Source: the human T2T-CHM13v2.0 reference genome, Homo sapiens
Direction: 5' to 3' (one strand)
Assembly (NCBI RefSeq): GCF_009914755.1
Contig: NC_060928.1
DNA: 64,000 bases
The notes under the pieces were generated by a model, which saw nothing but the letters and a program-made list of their open reading frames with translations, did not search any database and was not told where the DNA came from. Positions 46,253 through 64,000 of the stretch are shown in pieces (the first letter of the stretch is position 1; each line of letters starts with the position of its first letter). A program made the position numbers and the translations under genes.

Positions 46253-46560
46253 GGCCGGGTGCAGTGGCTCACGCCTGTAATCCCAGCACTTCGGGAGGCC
46301 GAGGCGGGTGGATCATGAAGTCAGGAGATCAAGACCATCCTGGCTAACATGGTGAAACCCCATCTCTACTAAAAATACAAAAAATTAGCCGGGCGTGGTG
46401 GCGGGCGCCTGTAGGCAGGAGAAGCTGAGGCAGGAGAATGGCATGAGGCAGGAGAATGGCATGAACCCGGGAGGCGGAGCTTGCAGAGAGCCGAGATCGC
46501 GCCACTGCACTCCAGCCTGGGCGACAGAGTGAGACTCTGCCTCAAAAAGAGAAAAAGAAA
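46253..46560 (+). mobile_element. AluY with an internal rearrangement
   Basis: Y diagnostics (CCATCCTGGCTAAC, GAGAATGGC, GGAGCTTGC) and TSD AAAA(A/G)GCACA(G/A)AAGT. Confidence 0.9.
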
Positions 46561-46797
46561 AGGCACAAAAGTCATCAAAGGGAAAATTTAGTTAATAGAA
46601 GGCTACCTTGTATTAGGGCTTAGTAACTGTCTTTTGGATAACAACAAATGAACAAACTGTCTTCTCTCAAGTGATGCTTTTCGTTTTCATTCAAGCATGT
46701 ATTTGGCAGTCTTCATAGACTTTTAGGTATATTTTTATTATTTACTTTTTAGAATTATTAAAATAATGAACTGTTCTGAAAGACTGGGACTTTTTAA

Positions 46798-47132
<335 letters not shown>

Positions 47133-47299
47133 GAACACTTCTACTATTTTTAATATCAAATTACTGCAAGGAAAAGGAAACTAGTTGAAACCCTAACATA
47201 ATGAGAATATAAAGAAAACTTTAATTTACACATATCAAATTTAGAAGACCAGACTGCTGCCACAGTTCAAAACTTTTCTACATCTCCTTCAATAACAAT

Positions 47300-49790
<2,491 letters not shown>

Positions 49791-49796
49791 CCTGAT

Positions 49797-49980
49797 TTAT
49801 TTTTTAATTTTTAATTTTTTTGAGACAGACTCTCGCTCTGTCGCCCAGGCTGGAGTGTAATGGCGTGATCTTGGCTCACTGCAACCTCCGCCTCCTGGGT
49901 TCATGCAATTCTCTGCCTCAGCCTCCCGAGTAGCTGGGATTACAGGCACCCGCCACCATGACCGGCTAATTTTATATTTT
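49797..49980 (-). mobile_element. Truncated AluS (right monomer)
   Basis: Reverse right arm ending at the middle A-rich linker. Confidence 0.9.
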
Positions 49981-51728
49981 AAACATAATGCAGTGTGGAT
50001 TTGGATTTGGGTTGGTGAGACCAAAGAGGGGAAACTAGTTAAGAAGTTATCAAAGAGGGGAAACTAGTTAAGAAGTTATCAAAACCAGAAGAAAGAGATG
50101 AAGAGAGCTTGGGGTCTGCGGAATGCACTAAAATGGGGAGAGTTCAGAGTTAGGTAAGTTTGAATGAAATACAAGCTAGTTCTCGGGCATAGACATTCAT
50201 AGTCAGCACAGTTAGCATCTCTATTATTAACACCACTGCAGCACTTATCACAACTGTAATTCAGTAATTACATAAGGAGCCTTCTTCCCCAAAGGCATGA
50301 ACCATGTTGTTTGGCTGACATCTGGGATACTGCCTGCTGGCATACAGTATGTACTCAAAAAATATTTGGTAATTTAATACATTTACCAAATAAGTAAATT
50401 AATGATAAAACTTGTAGAAAAATAAAATCATATAAAAATCTAAACGCTCAAAAGAAATTCACATATCACCTAGTAGAAAATAGAGGGTTAGAAAAATTGT
50501 GTGACTTTCTTAAAGTCACAAAGCTGATTCGTAACAGAGGGCAGAGCAGAATCCTGTTTCCCCAAGATTGAATCTCCATAGTAACCTTGTCGGAGAAAAT
50601 AAAAGATAGCTGTGCAAGTAGAAGGTAGACACAGGGTTGAGATAATAATTCTGGAGATTATTACATAAGTGCACACACATACTCCCACATATAATGTTGG
50701 GAATAAAAATTTGCCACTGAATTCTGTGAATACCTAATAAACATGCCTCAATATATTTATTTTTGTGTGTATATACCTAAATTTTCTACTTGTCATCACT
50801 GAATGATGCTGCAAGGAGTTTAAAGGGTCAATAGCCATTTTCAAGATTACTCTTGAGTAAGACATATAGTACTAATTTTCATTTTGAAGTCTTATAGACA
50901 GCAACCAAACTGCATTACTAAAATAATTTTGCATTCACTTGAATTTTCTTTTAGAAGCATGGAAAATGAGAAACAAAGAATTGCCAAAATCCGAATTTGC
51001 TTTTTCTCTGCAAAGAGTATTCATTTTAAATGCTTTCTTCCATTTTTAAAAGTTGTACTTAACAACGGACTCTGTGCACACATGGGCCACATCAAGGCAA
51101 ATGATACAATGAAGGTCATTAATTCCACAAATAACCCGTGATGAGTGAGATAAAGTATGGTACAGTAAATAACATCTGTAGTATTATCTTGAGAAAATGT
51201 GTGCTCTAAAGGACAAAACACCAGTCCAGGAGTCAGAAGACATTTTATTCTTAGTCTTGCCATAACTAGTTATATAATTTGTGGCCAATCATTGACACCC
51301 ACCCACCAGCCATTTTATAGAGCCTTAGGTCATCCTTTGTTAAATAAAATGTACTGCGCTGCTCTCTTCCCAAGACAGATATAAGGAGTAAGTAAGATCG
51401 TGAATGTAGAAGTCCTCTGAAACCATGTTTGAAAGAAAACATGCGGTTTCATTTTTAAAAATAGTATTAGCAGAGTAGTGTTGATGAGTTTTGGCTGAGC
51501 CTTTCTCTTTAATGAATAACTGGCTGACTTAAAAGATCTTGAATTTACGATCAACTATATATCTCTCCTGATGACCATTAACTGCCAGGCAGATGTTATT
51601 GCTTAATCACTGCATTCTCACAGATAATGATGGACTCAAGGGATTATTTTTACAAGAATAAGAAACCTTTGACTCTGGCCTCATCAGCAACGTTCAACAA
51701 CTAAGGCTGGTTATTCACTAGAGAGATG

Positions 51729-52708
51729 CAGTAGTCCTCTATGATCTGCAGGAGATATGTTCCAAGAACCTGAATACAGGATGAAACTGTGAATAGTATC
51801 AAACTCTATATATTGTATATTTCTTCCTATACAGTCATGTGCCACATGACATTTTGTCAACAACAAACCAAATATATGAGGGTGGTTCCATAAGTTTATA
51901 ATGAAACTGAAAAATTAGTATTGCCGGCTGATGTCACAGCCATCAAAATGTCATAGAGCAATTATTTTGTTATAAATTTAGTGTAGCCTAAGTGTACAGT
52001 AGTGTACAGGAATGTCCCAGGCCTTAATATTTACTCACCACTCACTCACTGACTCACACAGAGCAATTTCCAGTCCTACAAGTTCCATTCAGGGTAAGTG
52101 CCCTACACAGGTGTACAATTTTTTATCTTTTATAGTGTATCTTTATTGTACCTTTTCTTTGTTTAGATATGGTTAGATATACAAATGCTCACCATTGTAT
52201 TACAACTGCCTATAGCATTCAGTACAGTAACATGGTGTACAGCTGTGTAGCCTAGGAGCAATAGTCTATACCATATAGCTTAGGTGTGTAGTAGACTATA
52301 CCATCTACATTTGTGTAAGCACACTCTATGATATTCACACAATGACAAAATCAGCTAACAATGATGCATTTCTCAGAACATATCCCTGTTGTTAAGAGAT
52401 ATGTCACGTAAATATGTATCTATAATAAAGTTGAATTTATAAATGAGGTACAGTAAGAGGTTAACAACAATAACTAATAGTAAAATAGAACAATTACAAC
52501 AATATGCCATCATGACTACTCTTGCATTTGGGGTGATTAAGTTAAAAAAGGGTTACTTGAACACAAGCCCTGAAATACCACACCAGTCCATCTAATAACC
52601 AAGATGCCTACTAAGTAACGAACAGGTAGGTAGCACATACAGAGTGGATATGATGTGCAAAGAGATGAAGCCATAGAAAGTGAAACTGCAAATAAAGGGA
52701 TACCACTG
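51729..52708 (+). mobile_element. Tigger4/MER46-type element with a nested Tigger3-type element (about 51832-52408)
   Basis: Outer TIR CAGTAGTCC...CCACTG; inner TA-CAGTCATGTGCCACAT...; the outer consensus resumes at CTATAATAAAGTTGAATTTATAAA. Confidence 0.8.
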
Positions 52709-53838
52709 TCTATTCCAGAGAAGAGTTCACATATTCTAAAAACTCTGCATCACCCTGGTGAGGTAAAACACCTGCAAATCACTTACTTCATTCACCGTTT
52801 CTCTTATCAGCACTAACCTAAAATTTACTGACTGGAGATTACTAGGAAAAAAAAATCACTGCTCCCTTGTAATATAACAAAATACATTATTATTTCATAT
52901 AGAAATTCAAATTACAATGCATATTTTTCAAAACAATTGATTGCTAATCCACATATATTACAATCAAGCAATTAGCTTGCGGAGTAATCATTTGTAGATC
53001 TAAGGTTATTCTACTATCTCCTTTTCAGTGAGACCAAGGTCAAAAAGTATCCTTTCTAATTACTTTTTGTTTTGAAAACTAAGACTTGAAGCATACTTAC
53101 TAACACTAATAGCTGCGTAATAAAGTTTGCTCCATCCTTCCTCACACAGAGTATCTGGAGGAAGACTATATATGGAGCATATAAAGTTATAAAACATCAT
53201 GAGTTCCAGAAAAAAATAACTGAACATCTAGAGGATAATGTATAATATCATCTCCAATCAGTAATATTTAATTTTTTACGTGATACAAACTCATGTTCTC
53301 ACCTGAACCCAAGGAATAATAGACTTCACATTACTCTAAGACTGTATTATATAAAACTACAGTATTTGGCCATTTTGAACTAGAAAAATAGCAGTTTTAC
53401 ATGGTTCAATCTAATACCTATAACTACCTCACCAAGAGACAACGATAACATAGAAATCCTTGTGCACCAGTTTGGGCTTTTTCTCTCTAAAAAGTAAGGA
53501 TTACTTTCTTGCCTAGTTCTCAGTTTTAACTAAAACAGATCAAGAAGTGTTACAAGTTCTATTTTAACTCTGTAATCCTAAATAATACTTTCTACACTTC
53601 AGTTTTTTAATCTTTAAAAGTCTGAAAGTAACAGCTATGTTTATGGATTTACCATGAGGAATAGATAACTAAAGATACACTTTTTTATACAAACAGAACT
53701 TAATAAGTACAAGTCTGTCATCTTCTATACAAAAATTCCTGGCTGTAAGTAAAAGAAAAAAAAATGCTGTAAACTAAAGGATTTGAATGACACAGGAAAT
53801 ATGTATAACCTAATGTTGTGTTTAAAAAGCACAATTAA

Positions 53839-54232
<394 letters not shown>

Positions 54233-54744
54233 TCAGAGAAATATTTTCAAGTTTCAAAAATAAATCATAAGCTCAGAGAAATATTTCCAATACACAACAA
54301 TACATTAATAGTTGTATTAAGAAAAGGAACTCCTACAAATCAGTCATAAAAAAGACGAGCACCAGCTTAAGAAAACTCAAGGAAGAGAGTGAAAAGCAAT
54401 GTACAAAAGAACTACATGGGAAAATATGCTTTTAAACATGTTAACCTTACAGTAATTAAATAAGCAAAAATGTCAAAAGAAACAATTTCATTTATTATAT
54501 TGGCAAATATTAAAAATAATAATATGAGTACTAGAGAAAGTATGGGAAAGGAGACACATTCACGTATTGCTGCTCACAGCATGAACTGGTGTGACCTTTC
54601 TAGAGCACAAATTTGATGATACGCATACCCTTTAACCAGCAAGTTTAATTCTAAAAGTACATCCAACAAAAATAATTAAGTAAGTGTGAAAAATGTATGT
54701 TCAAGAATAGTTCCTGCAATGCTGTTTATAAGGGAAACAGTTAT

Positions 54745-54995
54745 TAAGTGGTGATTAAGAGCTTGGAGCTGAGGAGCCAGGCCTTCTGGATTCAGAATCC
54801 TGACTCTAACCTCTTACTAGTCATGTGACCTTATGCAAGTTAAACTTTCTGTGCTGCAAGTTTCCTCACGTGAAGAGATAATAATAGTACTTGCCTCATA
54901 GGGTTTTGAGGATAAAATGAAGAAATAGATACAAAGCATCTATAACATTACCAGGAACCTAGTAAGAACTCAATAAATATTGCCTATTATTATTA
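54745..54995 (+). mobile_element. MIR inside L1ME-derived sequence
   Basis: GTGGTGATTAAGAGC...ATGTGACCTTATGCAAGTTAA...ATAATAGTAC. Confidence 0.8.
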
Positions 54996-55017
54996 TTGCC
55001 AAGAAAAAAAACTAATT

Positions 55018-55334
<317 letters not shown>

Positions 55335-58137
55335 TTATAAAATGGCTTAAATAAATTGTATTGCTCAAAAGATCAGAATGCTATGCTGTCGTTAAAAATG
55401 ATGATGTAGAATTACATGTATAAGCATGAGACATGCCATGATAAACAACAGTAAGTTTTTAAATAAAGGTTATAAAGTAGTATTACTTTATTATCCCATC
55501 TTTAGTCATGTGAGCATGCAGAGAAAACAAGATGAAGGCACATAAGCTGACATGTGGGGATTAAGTCTGGTTTATAAACTGACGTGTGACCAGGGATTAA
55601 GTCTGGTTAGTGGAATAATGGATGTTTTTTATCTTTATACTGTGGGGGGTTTTGTTTGAAAACATTTTGTTTGGCCATGAGCATATGTTACTTTTGTAAT
55701 AAAAACAAATGTATAAACATTTTGAAAAGAAATGGTAAGTAGTAAGCCAATTATCACAGTTACAAGTGGCAGTAGGATTGCCAGCACAGAACTACAGGCA
55801 ATGAAGTAGGTGCTACATAGGGCTAGTGCAGATTTAGGCAGAGAAAGGCCAAACTTTCCAATCACCCATTCTTTAATATTCCAAAATCATATTTATAGAG
55901 AATATCAATAACAAATATAATTATGCTAAAAATTAAGGGAAAAATTTGCATTTTATAAACAGACAACAGGTTATAAATATATAAATATGTGATCCTACAG
56001 CTTGGGCTTGATTTTTAAAAATTTCAACTATTTATACTTTTCAATCCAAATTACCAGTTTCTAAAAGTAACTTTTGGGTTACAAACCAAATATAGCTGCT
56101 TAACAGCAGTTAGCAGATAAAATGACAGCAACATTATAATATCTGGTTATACATCATGTTCGTGTCTACAAATTTAGCTGATATCATTTAATATTTAATG
56201 GTGTAAATATTATACCAGTAAATTAAACTCTAACTTATTGTGTTGTTTTTCTGCAAGATTTGAAGACCAATAGCAGTTTTAAACATTTTTGGTGCTGCCA
56301 CTAAGAAAAAATGTAACATCTTGGATAGAAGAATAAGTGGAAGGGCTTATCATTCAAAATATGAAACTGATTTATCTTTGAAAGTTTCAGGAATACCTAC
56401 AAAATTATTTTTATCTTATTGGTTAGTACTGAAACACTTGTTTCAAGGAATAGAATTAATTTACCTATCTATAGACGAAAGGCACAAGACGCAGAGATAT
56501 GAAGCAAAATTTGACCAAAATGACTTACTCATCAGTAGCAATAGCAAATTTAATTATTAGAAATTAAAGACATACATGTTATCAAATTGTACAAACTAAG
56601 TGTGCACAATGAGTTTAATGCAAAGTGCCAAGAATACTAACAGACAAACAAAAAACCCAGAACCAAAAGCCGAGGCTTTGGTCCGTGCATCAATATCACT
56701 TAATCAGATTTTTAAATACACTCTAAACAACGGCAAATAAAAAATATTTAGGTATTTCTAATATAATGAATCTCATGCATACCCAATGTTATCCTTAAAT
56801 ATTCTTAAAGTATAAAATCTCTCACCTAATCTTAAGAAAATAGATTTTCCTAATGTATTAGAACTGTCTGCTACATCACTAGGTACACAGTGCCTTAGAG
56901 CAGATCCTCAAGAAACCCAAAGAAAACAAGGCAATGATGAGGATGTTGGTGTATTATTTTGACAGCAGGGATACCAGGCAGGGTGGGTGAGAAAAGGAGG
57001 CAAGCAGGGATATGAAATAATGTAAAGTATGCATAGCTCTTTCACAAAGAACTACAAAGACACATAACAGTTTGCTCGACAGATGCTTTGCTTGGCAGTC
57101 TGGAATTCCCCAGATAAGCTGCAAGGAGAAGCCATGGGATGAAGAAATGTGTTCCATGGGAAGAACAAAAAAAGTCCATGTCTCTTCCTGACTCTTATTT
57201 AACTGTTCTAGATTTCCAGGTTGCCATATCCCATGCCTCTGATACCCTATCAGGAATTAAGATCCGAGTCTAGGGTTCAAAAGTGATGGCAGAAGCCAGA
57301 AACTCTGAGCAGGTGGCTTGTTGACCCAGCTATAAGGCAGAAGCCAAGAAGAAGAATCTAGCATTCCCAAGGCAGGAGAAAGGTCCAAGCCTGGTGGAAG
57401 CAGATTGGTCTGAGAGGCGGGTAGAGCCAAGGCAATCTGAGGAGGTCAGAAGGTGTCTGATACAAGTACTAAGTTGAAGAAGTTGGCTTGTGTTGAGAAA
57501 TTTTACTGGGTAAGAACATTTTCTATTCCATTAAATATTAACAAGCATACTCAATACTGTAAGAAGCTTGTTCTAAGTGAGAACTATGACAACTGAGGTT
57601 AAGAGCAATGTCATGTCTTCCATCTCATGTTTCTAAAGAGCCCAGTTCATTAACTAGTACGATGGGCAGAGCCCATAAAACCTGATCTTTCCCTTAATGC
57701 AATTTTAAATGTATTTAATTAAATGCACATGGATTCTAACTCTGCCAATTGCTTACAATGTATGAGGACTTTCTCTTACAGTCTCACTTAAATTTCAAAG
57801 CAAACTCTGTGGGTCCTGTTTTACAAAAATTTAACAGGAAAATAATGCAGGCCAAATCTACCTGCATTAGTAGAATAAGGACTACTAATGGGCAGAATAA
57901 GAACTAGACTAACTTCCTTTTATACGTCATGCTATCCAAACCACTGAAAATCCAATACTCATTTTAATAACTATCAAAACTTACAGAAGCAATTCCTGCT
58001 AATTTCTAAGAATGATAAAGTATTCAGAGGACTTTTGCCTTAGAAACTGGGATATTGGGGATTTCCTTAGAAAAATCATATACAACATATATAGCTCACA
58101 GTCCAAGGTTTAATGAATTTTTAAAAGAAAATATTTA

Positions 58138-58552
58138 TGTAGTGACTCTGTGAGGTGATGCCCAGGTGTCTCCTTCATGCCAGAAGTATTCATTATCCAC
58201 CCAATCTCACTCAAAGTGTTGCCTGCTTATGGCTCATGGCTAAGTCCTTCTTCTGAGACTACACAATGTCCCTGGCACAGCTCACCTCCAGTGATTGATG
58301 GAAATGGGGTAAGGAGACTAAACCCTTTGACTCAACTAGGGATTTATCTGAAAGGTCATCCCATCTTCTCAGCTCCCCTGGGACTGAGTGAATCCTGTGT
58401 TACAACTTGATGGCAGTTCAACTTCTGCCTAATCCTACCTTCCTCTGTTCCTTATAGGTATAAGGAAAGAATGGTTCCAAAAAGTACTACCCAATAAAAC
58501 TTCTGCTTGAAAACTTAGTCTCAGAGTTATACCTTGGATAACCCAACCTATT
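58138..58552 (+). mobile_element. LTR16-like ERVL LTR
   Basis: TGTAGTG start and CCCAATAAAACTTCTGC...TCTCAGAGT...AACCCAACCTA end. Confidence 0.6.
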
Positions 58553-58814
58553 ATATCAAGTGGTAAAATAATAGTGAAAATGAGGAGACAAAGTAATACT
58601 GAGAGGAAAATTAGAGTTTTAAGTGTGATTATGATGGATAAAAGAGACTAAAAATAAACAAAATAAGTATTCAACAAGGAAAAATAAAACCTGAGCACCT
58701 AATAGGAAAATGGCAAAAGATACAAACAGGTATATGAGGAAAAAGACAGATGGCCCTTAAACACAAGTAAAAATGTTTAGTTTCATTTATAAGAAAACAC
58801 ATGCAAATTAAAAC

Positions 58815-60817
58815 TATATTGGTATTAGCAATGAGCAATCTGAAAATAAAACTGAGAAAACAATTACATCTAGAATAGCATCTAAAAGAAAAAGATACTT
58901 GATAATAGATTTAACAAAATAATTGCAAAACTTGTACCCTGAAAACCATAAAACAGTATTGAAACAAATTAAAGACCTAAGTAAATGGAAAAATATTTCA
59001 TGCTCACATATTGGGAGATTTAATTTTGCTAAAATGGCAATAGAGTCCTCTCCAAATTGGTCTCCAGATTCAACAGAACATCCTATCAAAATATTGACTA
59101 ACTTTTTTGTAGAAATTTACAAACTGATCCTAAAATTTGTAGAGAAATACAATGAACCTAGACTAGTCAAAATAATTCTGAAAAGAAGAACAAACTTGGA
59201 GTATTGAAACTTCATGATTTTAAAACTCATTAAAAAGCTATAGAATTATCAAAATACTATGGTACTGACATAAGAATAGATATACAGATCAATGGAATAT
59301 AACTATGAGTTCAGATATAAGCCCCAATAATTGTGGTCAACTTATTTTTGACAAGAGTGCTGAGATAATTCAATGGGGAAAAACAATCTTCAACAAATGA
59401 TGCTGGGACAACTGGACAGCCACATGCAGAGGAATGAAGTTAGACTCCTTTATACCATTCACAAAAGTTAACTCCAAAATAGCTCCATAGACCTAAACAT
59501 AACAGTCATAACTAAAAAACTCTTAGAAGATGAATAAATCTTCATGATCTTGGTTAGCCAAAACTTTCTCAGGTACAACACAAAAAGCATAAGTGACAAA
59601 AGAAAAAACAGATACATTGCACTCCATCAAAAATAAAAACCTCTGCACTTAAAAGGACATGATCAAGAAAATGAAAAGGCAACTTATAGAATAGAAGAAA
59701 ATATTTACAAGTCCTGTACCTGATAAGGAATTTATATGCAAAGTATATAAACAACTCTTATAACTCATCAATAAAGACAAATAAATCAACTTAAAAATAG
59801 GCAGAAGATCTGAATAAACATTTCTCCAAAAATATACAAATGGCCAATAAGCACATGAAAATATTCAATGTCATTAGTAATCAGGGAAATGCAAATCAAA
59901 ACCAAAATGAAATAGTGTTTCATACCCACAGGAATGGAATAAAAAAGATATTAACAAGGATGTAGAGAAACTGGTTCGCCCATACATTGCTGATGGGAAT
60001 GTACATGGCCATGTGTCTTTCTCTTCATATATTTTTGTCTTTTGCCATTTTCCTATTAGGTCCTCAGGTTTTATTTTTCTTTGAATATTTATTTTATATT
60101 AGTCTCTTTTTGCATGATAAGCACATCCCATTGCTGATGGGAATATATGAGGGAACAAATGCATGAGGGAATGTAAAATGGTGCAGCCACTTCAGTAAAC
60201 ATTTTGGTAGTTCCTCAAAATTTTAAACAGTTACCATGAGACCCAACAATTCTACTCCTAGTTATATACCCAAGAGAAATGAACACATAATTCTACACAT
60301 GACATGTACACAAATGTTCACAGCAGCATCATTCGAAATAGCCAGAAACTAGAAGTAACACAAATACCCACCAACTAATGAGTTGATAAACACATCAACT
60401 GGTGTGTCTCTACACTGAAATATTATTCTGCCATAAAAGGAATGATGTACTGACACATGCTACAAAATGGATGAGCCTTGAAAACATTTTGCTAAGTGAA
60501 AGAGTCCAGTCAGAAAAGAACACATATTGTATGATTACATTTATATGAAATGTCCAGAATAGGCAACTCTCTAGACACAGAAAGTAGATGAGTGGTTGCC
60601 TAGAGCCAGGTTGTTGTGGGGAGTGATTGGGAAGAAATGGGAAGTGACTGCTAACAGTACAGCATTTCTTTTGGGGGTGATGAAAATATTCTATAAGTGA
60701 CCGTGGTGATGGTTACAGAATTCTGTATCTATTCAAAACCAACAAATTATATACTTCACATGGCAAATTGTACGGTATATAAACGGTGTCTCAATAAAAC
60801 TCTTAAAACTTAAAAAA
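58815..60817 (+). mobile_element. L1MB-like ORF2 3' region and 3'UTR, within older L1M sequence
   Basis: ORF 58923-59207 resembles L1 ORF2 (LYPENHKTVLKQIKDLSKWKNISCSHIGR) and the element ends CTCAATAAAAC. Confidence 0.85.
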
Positions 60818-61340
60818 TCCACACTGGGATATCACATCTGACCTATCAGACTGGCAAGACTTCAAAATTTTTGCGAAATCCTCTTGGCAAGACTGAAAAA
60901 TGGACACTCTTGCATGCTGCTAACAGACATGTAACACTGACTCATCCTCTGTGGAGGGGAATTAGGGCTATCTAATGATATAGAGGCATTTGTTCTTTGA
61001 CCCAAAAATCTCATATTTAGGAATTAATCTTGGTGATACATATGCACAAGTTTATTTGATGTGGGATCATATCTAACAGTAAAAGATGGGAAACAAACGA
61101 CCATCAGAAAAGTACCATTGACTAAAACTTACTTTGTCCAAGCAATGAAGTAATACACAAGCACAAAAAAGAATAAAAAAAAAAAAACTGTTGGAATGAT
61201 CTCTAAGATTTGCAGATAAAAAGCAAAGTGAAGAACAGTGTAAGGAACACATAGAAATAAGAATGCACACATATAGACATCACATAATACACAAAATGTA
61301 ACTACATATACACACTTATTTTTACCAAAAGAAACATTGA

Positions 61341-61838
<498 letters not shown>

Positions 61839-62863
61839 TAAAATTGGAAATGGATTGAAACAAGTGAACTCAACCATATGCCAAATGGCGAAGACAACCA
61901 CCCTTTACTTTGAATGCATTCTCTTAGCCAGATATAGGACAGTACGGACTGCCCGGATGTCTTAAACATTACTCAGTGGTTTCCCTGATGTTGTGACACT
62001 TTATTTATATCTATACATAAAATACACATTTTATTATGTTGTGGAGAAAAGCAAATAAATATTCTTATTTTTTAGGAAGCAAGATTTTCACTGTCAGAGT
62101 ATAGAGTTACAAATATGAAATCAAAGTTGTTAAGAAAGATTATTATAATGTTAAAATTAAACTCAAAATATCAATATAAATCCATTATTTCTTCCATTCA
62201 GTCATTCCATCATTCAAGTATTCATTTCTTTCTTTATTTCCTTGCTCTAGAAGTCATTAAGACCTAGATGCAAATAACTTAGCACCCAGATCTTGGCTTC
62301 TAAATGTAATTCTTCTATAGAAGAAACCAAAGCCCCTTGGAGAAATGGTTAATTCCATCCTGAGACATCATCTTTAGCTGAAAAGGTAGGAAATACTGTT
62401 ACAGGGTTTTGTCAAAAGGACACAGTTGCCAGCCTAAAGGGACTCCCACAACTGCCAAATTTGGGATAATTTGAGCACAGGAAAATTTAATGTTGTTCAT
62501 TCCCCACTGACAAGGGAAAGCTCTTCTTTATAGAAGAATATCACTAAAAGAAAAAGAAAAAAAAATACTAGTAGAGTTTAAAAATCAACATTCTACAACC
62601 CAAAAAGAAAAAACTGAATCAGACTAGGATTTTCAATAGACAATCAAACTGATAGTGAATAGGGAGGAATACACATTTGCATGATGCCCAAGTAGTCACC
62701 TAATGAATTACTTGCTAACTGCAAAGGGAATGCCACAGCCTTACAATACAGAGATTTGAAAGTGGTGACTTTAACTAACAAAGCAAACTAAGCATCAACA
62801 AGTGTGAGACAACTTAACATTACATGGCTTCTAATCGGATGCAACATTAAGGATACAATATCA

Positions 62864-63214
<351 letters not shown>

Positions 63215-63338
63215 TTATAGATTATAGTAGATTCAGAGGACAGAAAAATGACTTAACCACACAAGAAAATAATCAGACAAATCCACACTGCACAATATTC
63301 CACAGGATGATGTCTGTTTTCTTAAAAACTCAATGTGG

Positions 63339-63487
63339 ATGCATCAGGAAAAACAGCTAATGTATACTGTGCTTAACACCTAGGTGTTGCAGCAAACCAC
63401 CATGGCACATGTCTACCTATGTAACAAACTTGCACATCCTGCACATGTATCCAGGAACTTAACATTAAATTAAATTAAATTTTTTTC
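63339..63487 (+). mobile_element. 5'-truncated L1PA 3' end inside old L1MC/MD-like sequence
   Basis: GCAGCAAACCACCATGGCACATG...CTGCACATGTA with TSD AAAA(C/G)TCAATGTGG. Confidence 0.85.
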
Positions 63488-64000
63488 AAAAGTCAATGTG
63501 GTTGAAAAAAAAAGTTGTGGTTAAATACAAACAAAACAACAGTGTGGGCACCCCTGCACATGGGTGTGCACACATGGAAGGACTGTTCTTTATTAAGACA
63601 TACTAAAGAGGCCTAACAACCAAGTAGAATGGATGAAGCATTGGATCGTCTTCTGAGAAAAATAAATTGTGACAAATTGGGATACTTGAATGGACTCTCC
63701 AAATGATATGATGGAATTGTCCATTTTCTTAGGCATAATAAGTATATTACGGTTATGTAGCAAAAATTCCTCATTTTTAAGGATGCATTATTAAGTATTT
63801 AACAGTGAAATAGCTGAGGTCTGCAACTTAGTTTCAAATGGTTCAACAAAAAATACATATTTACATATATACAGACATAAAATGCATTTGTTTTATCTAG
63901 TTAATGAGAAAATGTATAATCATTATGCTCCTTCAAATTGTATGACTGAAATTTTTCATATTATGAAAACAGGAGAAAAGCTTGAAAAAACCAGTTAAGT

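Overview
Primate (human or near-human) genomic DNA lying entirely inside the FAM13A gene, which is on the minus strand. The only supportable protein-coding segment is one 154-nt internal exon (13429-13582, probably exon 5, the end of the RhoGAP domain: HVPPGLEGMKEQDLCNKIMAKILENYNTLFEVEYTENDHLRCENLARLIIVK). The rest is intron and is dominated by transposons: L1PA/L1PB/L1M pieces, about 25 Alus, L2/MIR, Tigger elements, MaLR LTRs, a complete MST provirus, and an ERV1 provirus carrying a nested LTR10-like solo LTR. No prokaryote-type system, RNA gene or CRISPR array is present, and I cannot support a wholly new system. The best leads are regulatory or RNA-processing hypotheses. These are a dense cluster of forkhead motifs at about 39.2-39.5 kb, a p53-like site and a perfect DR2 nuclear-receptor element inside the ERV, LTR-supplied intronic poly(A) signals that could give a RhoGAP-only isoform, a candidate poison exon, and a templated inverted insertion. 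Repeat subfamily names come from recalled consensus sequences and need RepeatMasker/Dfam confirmation.
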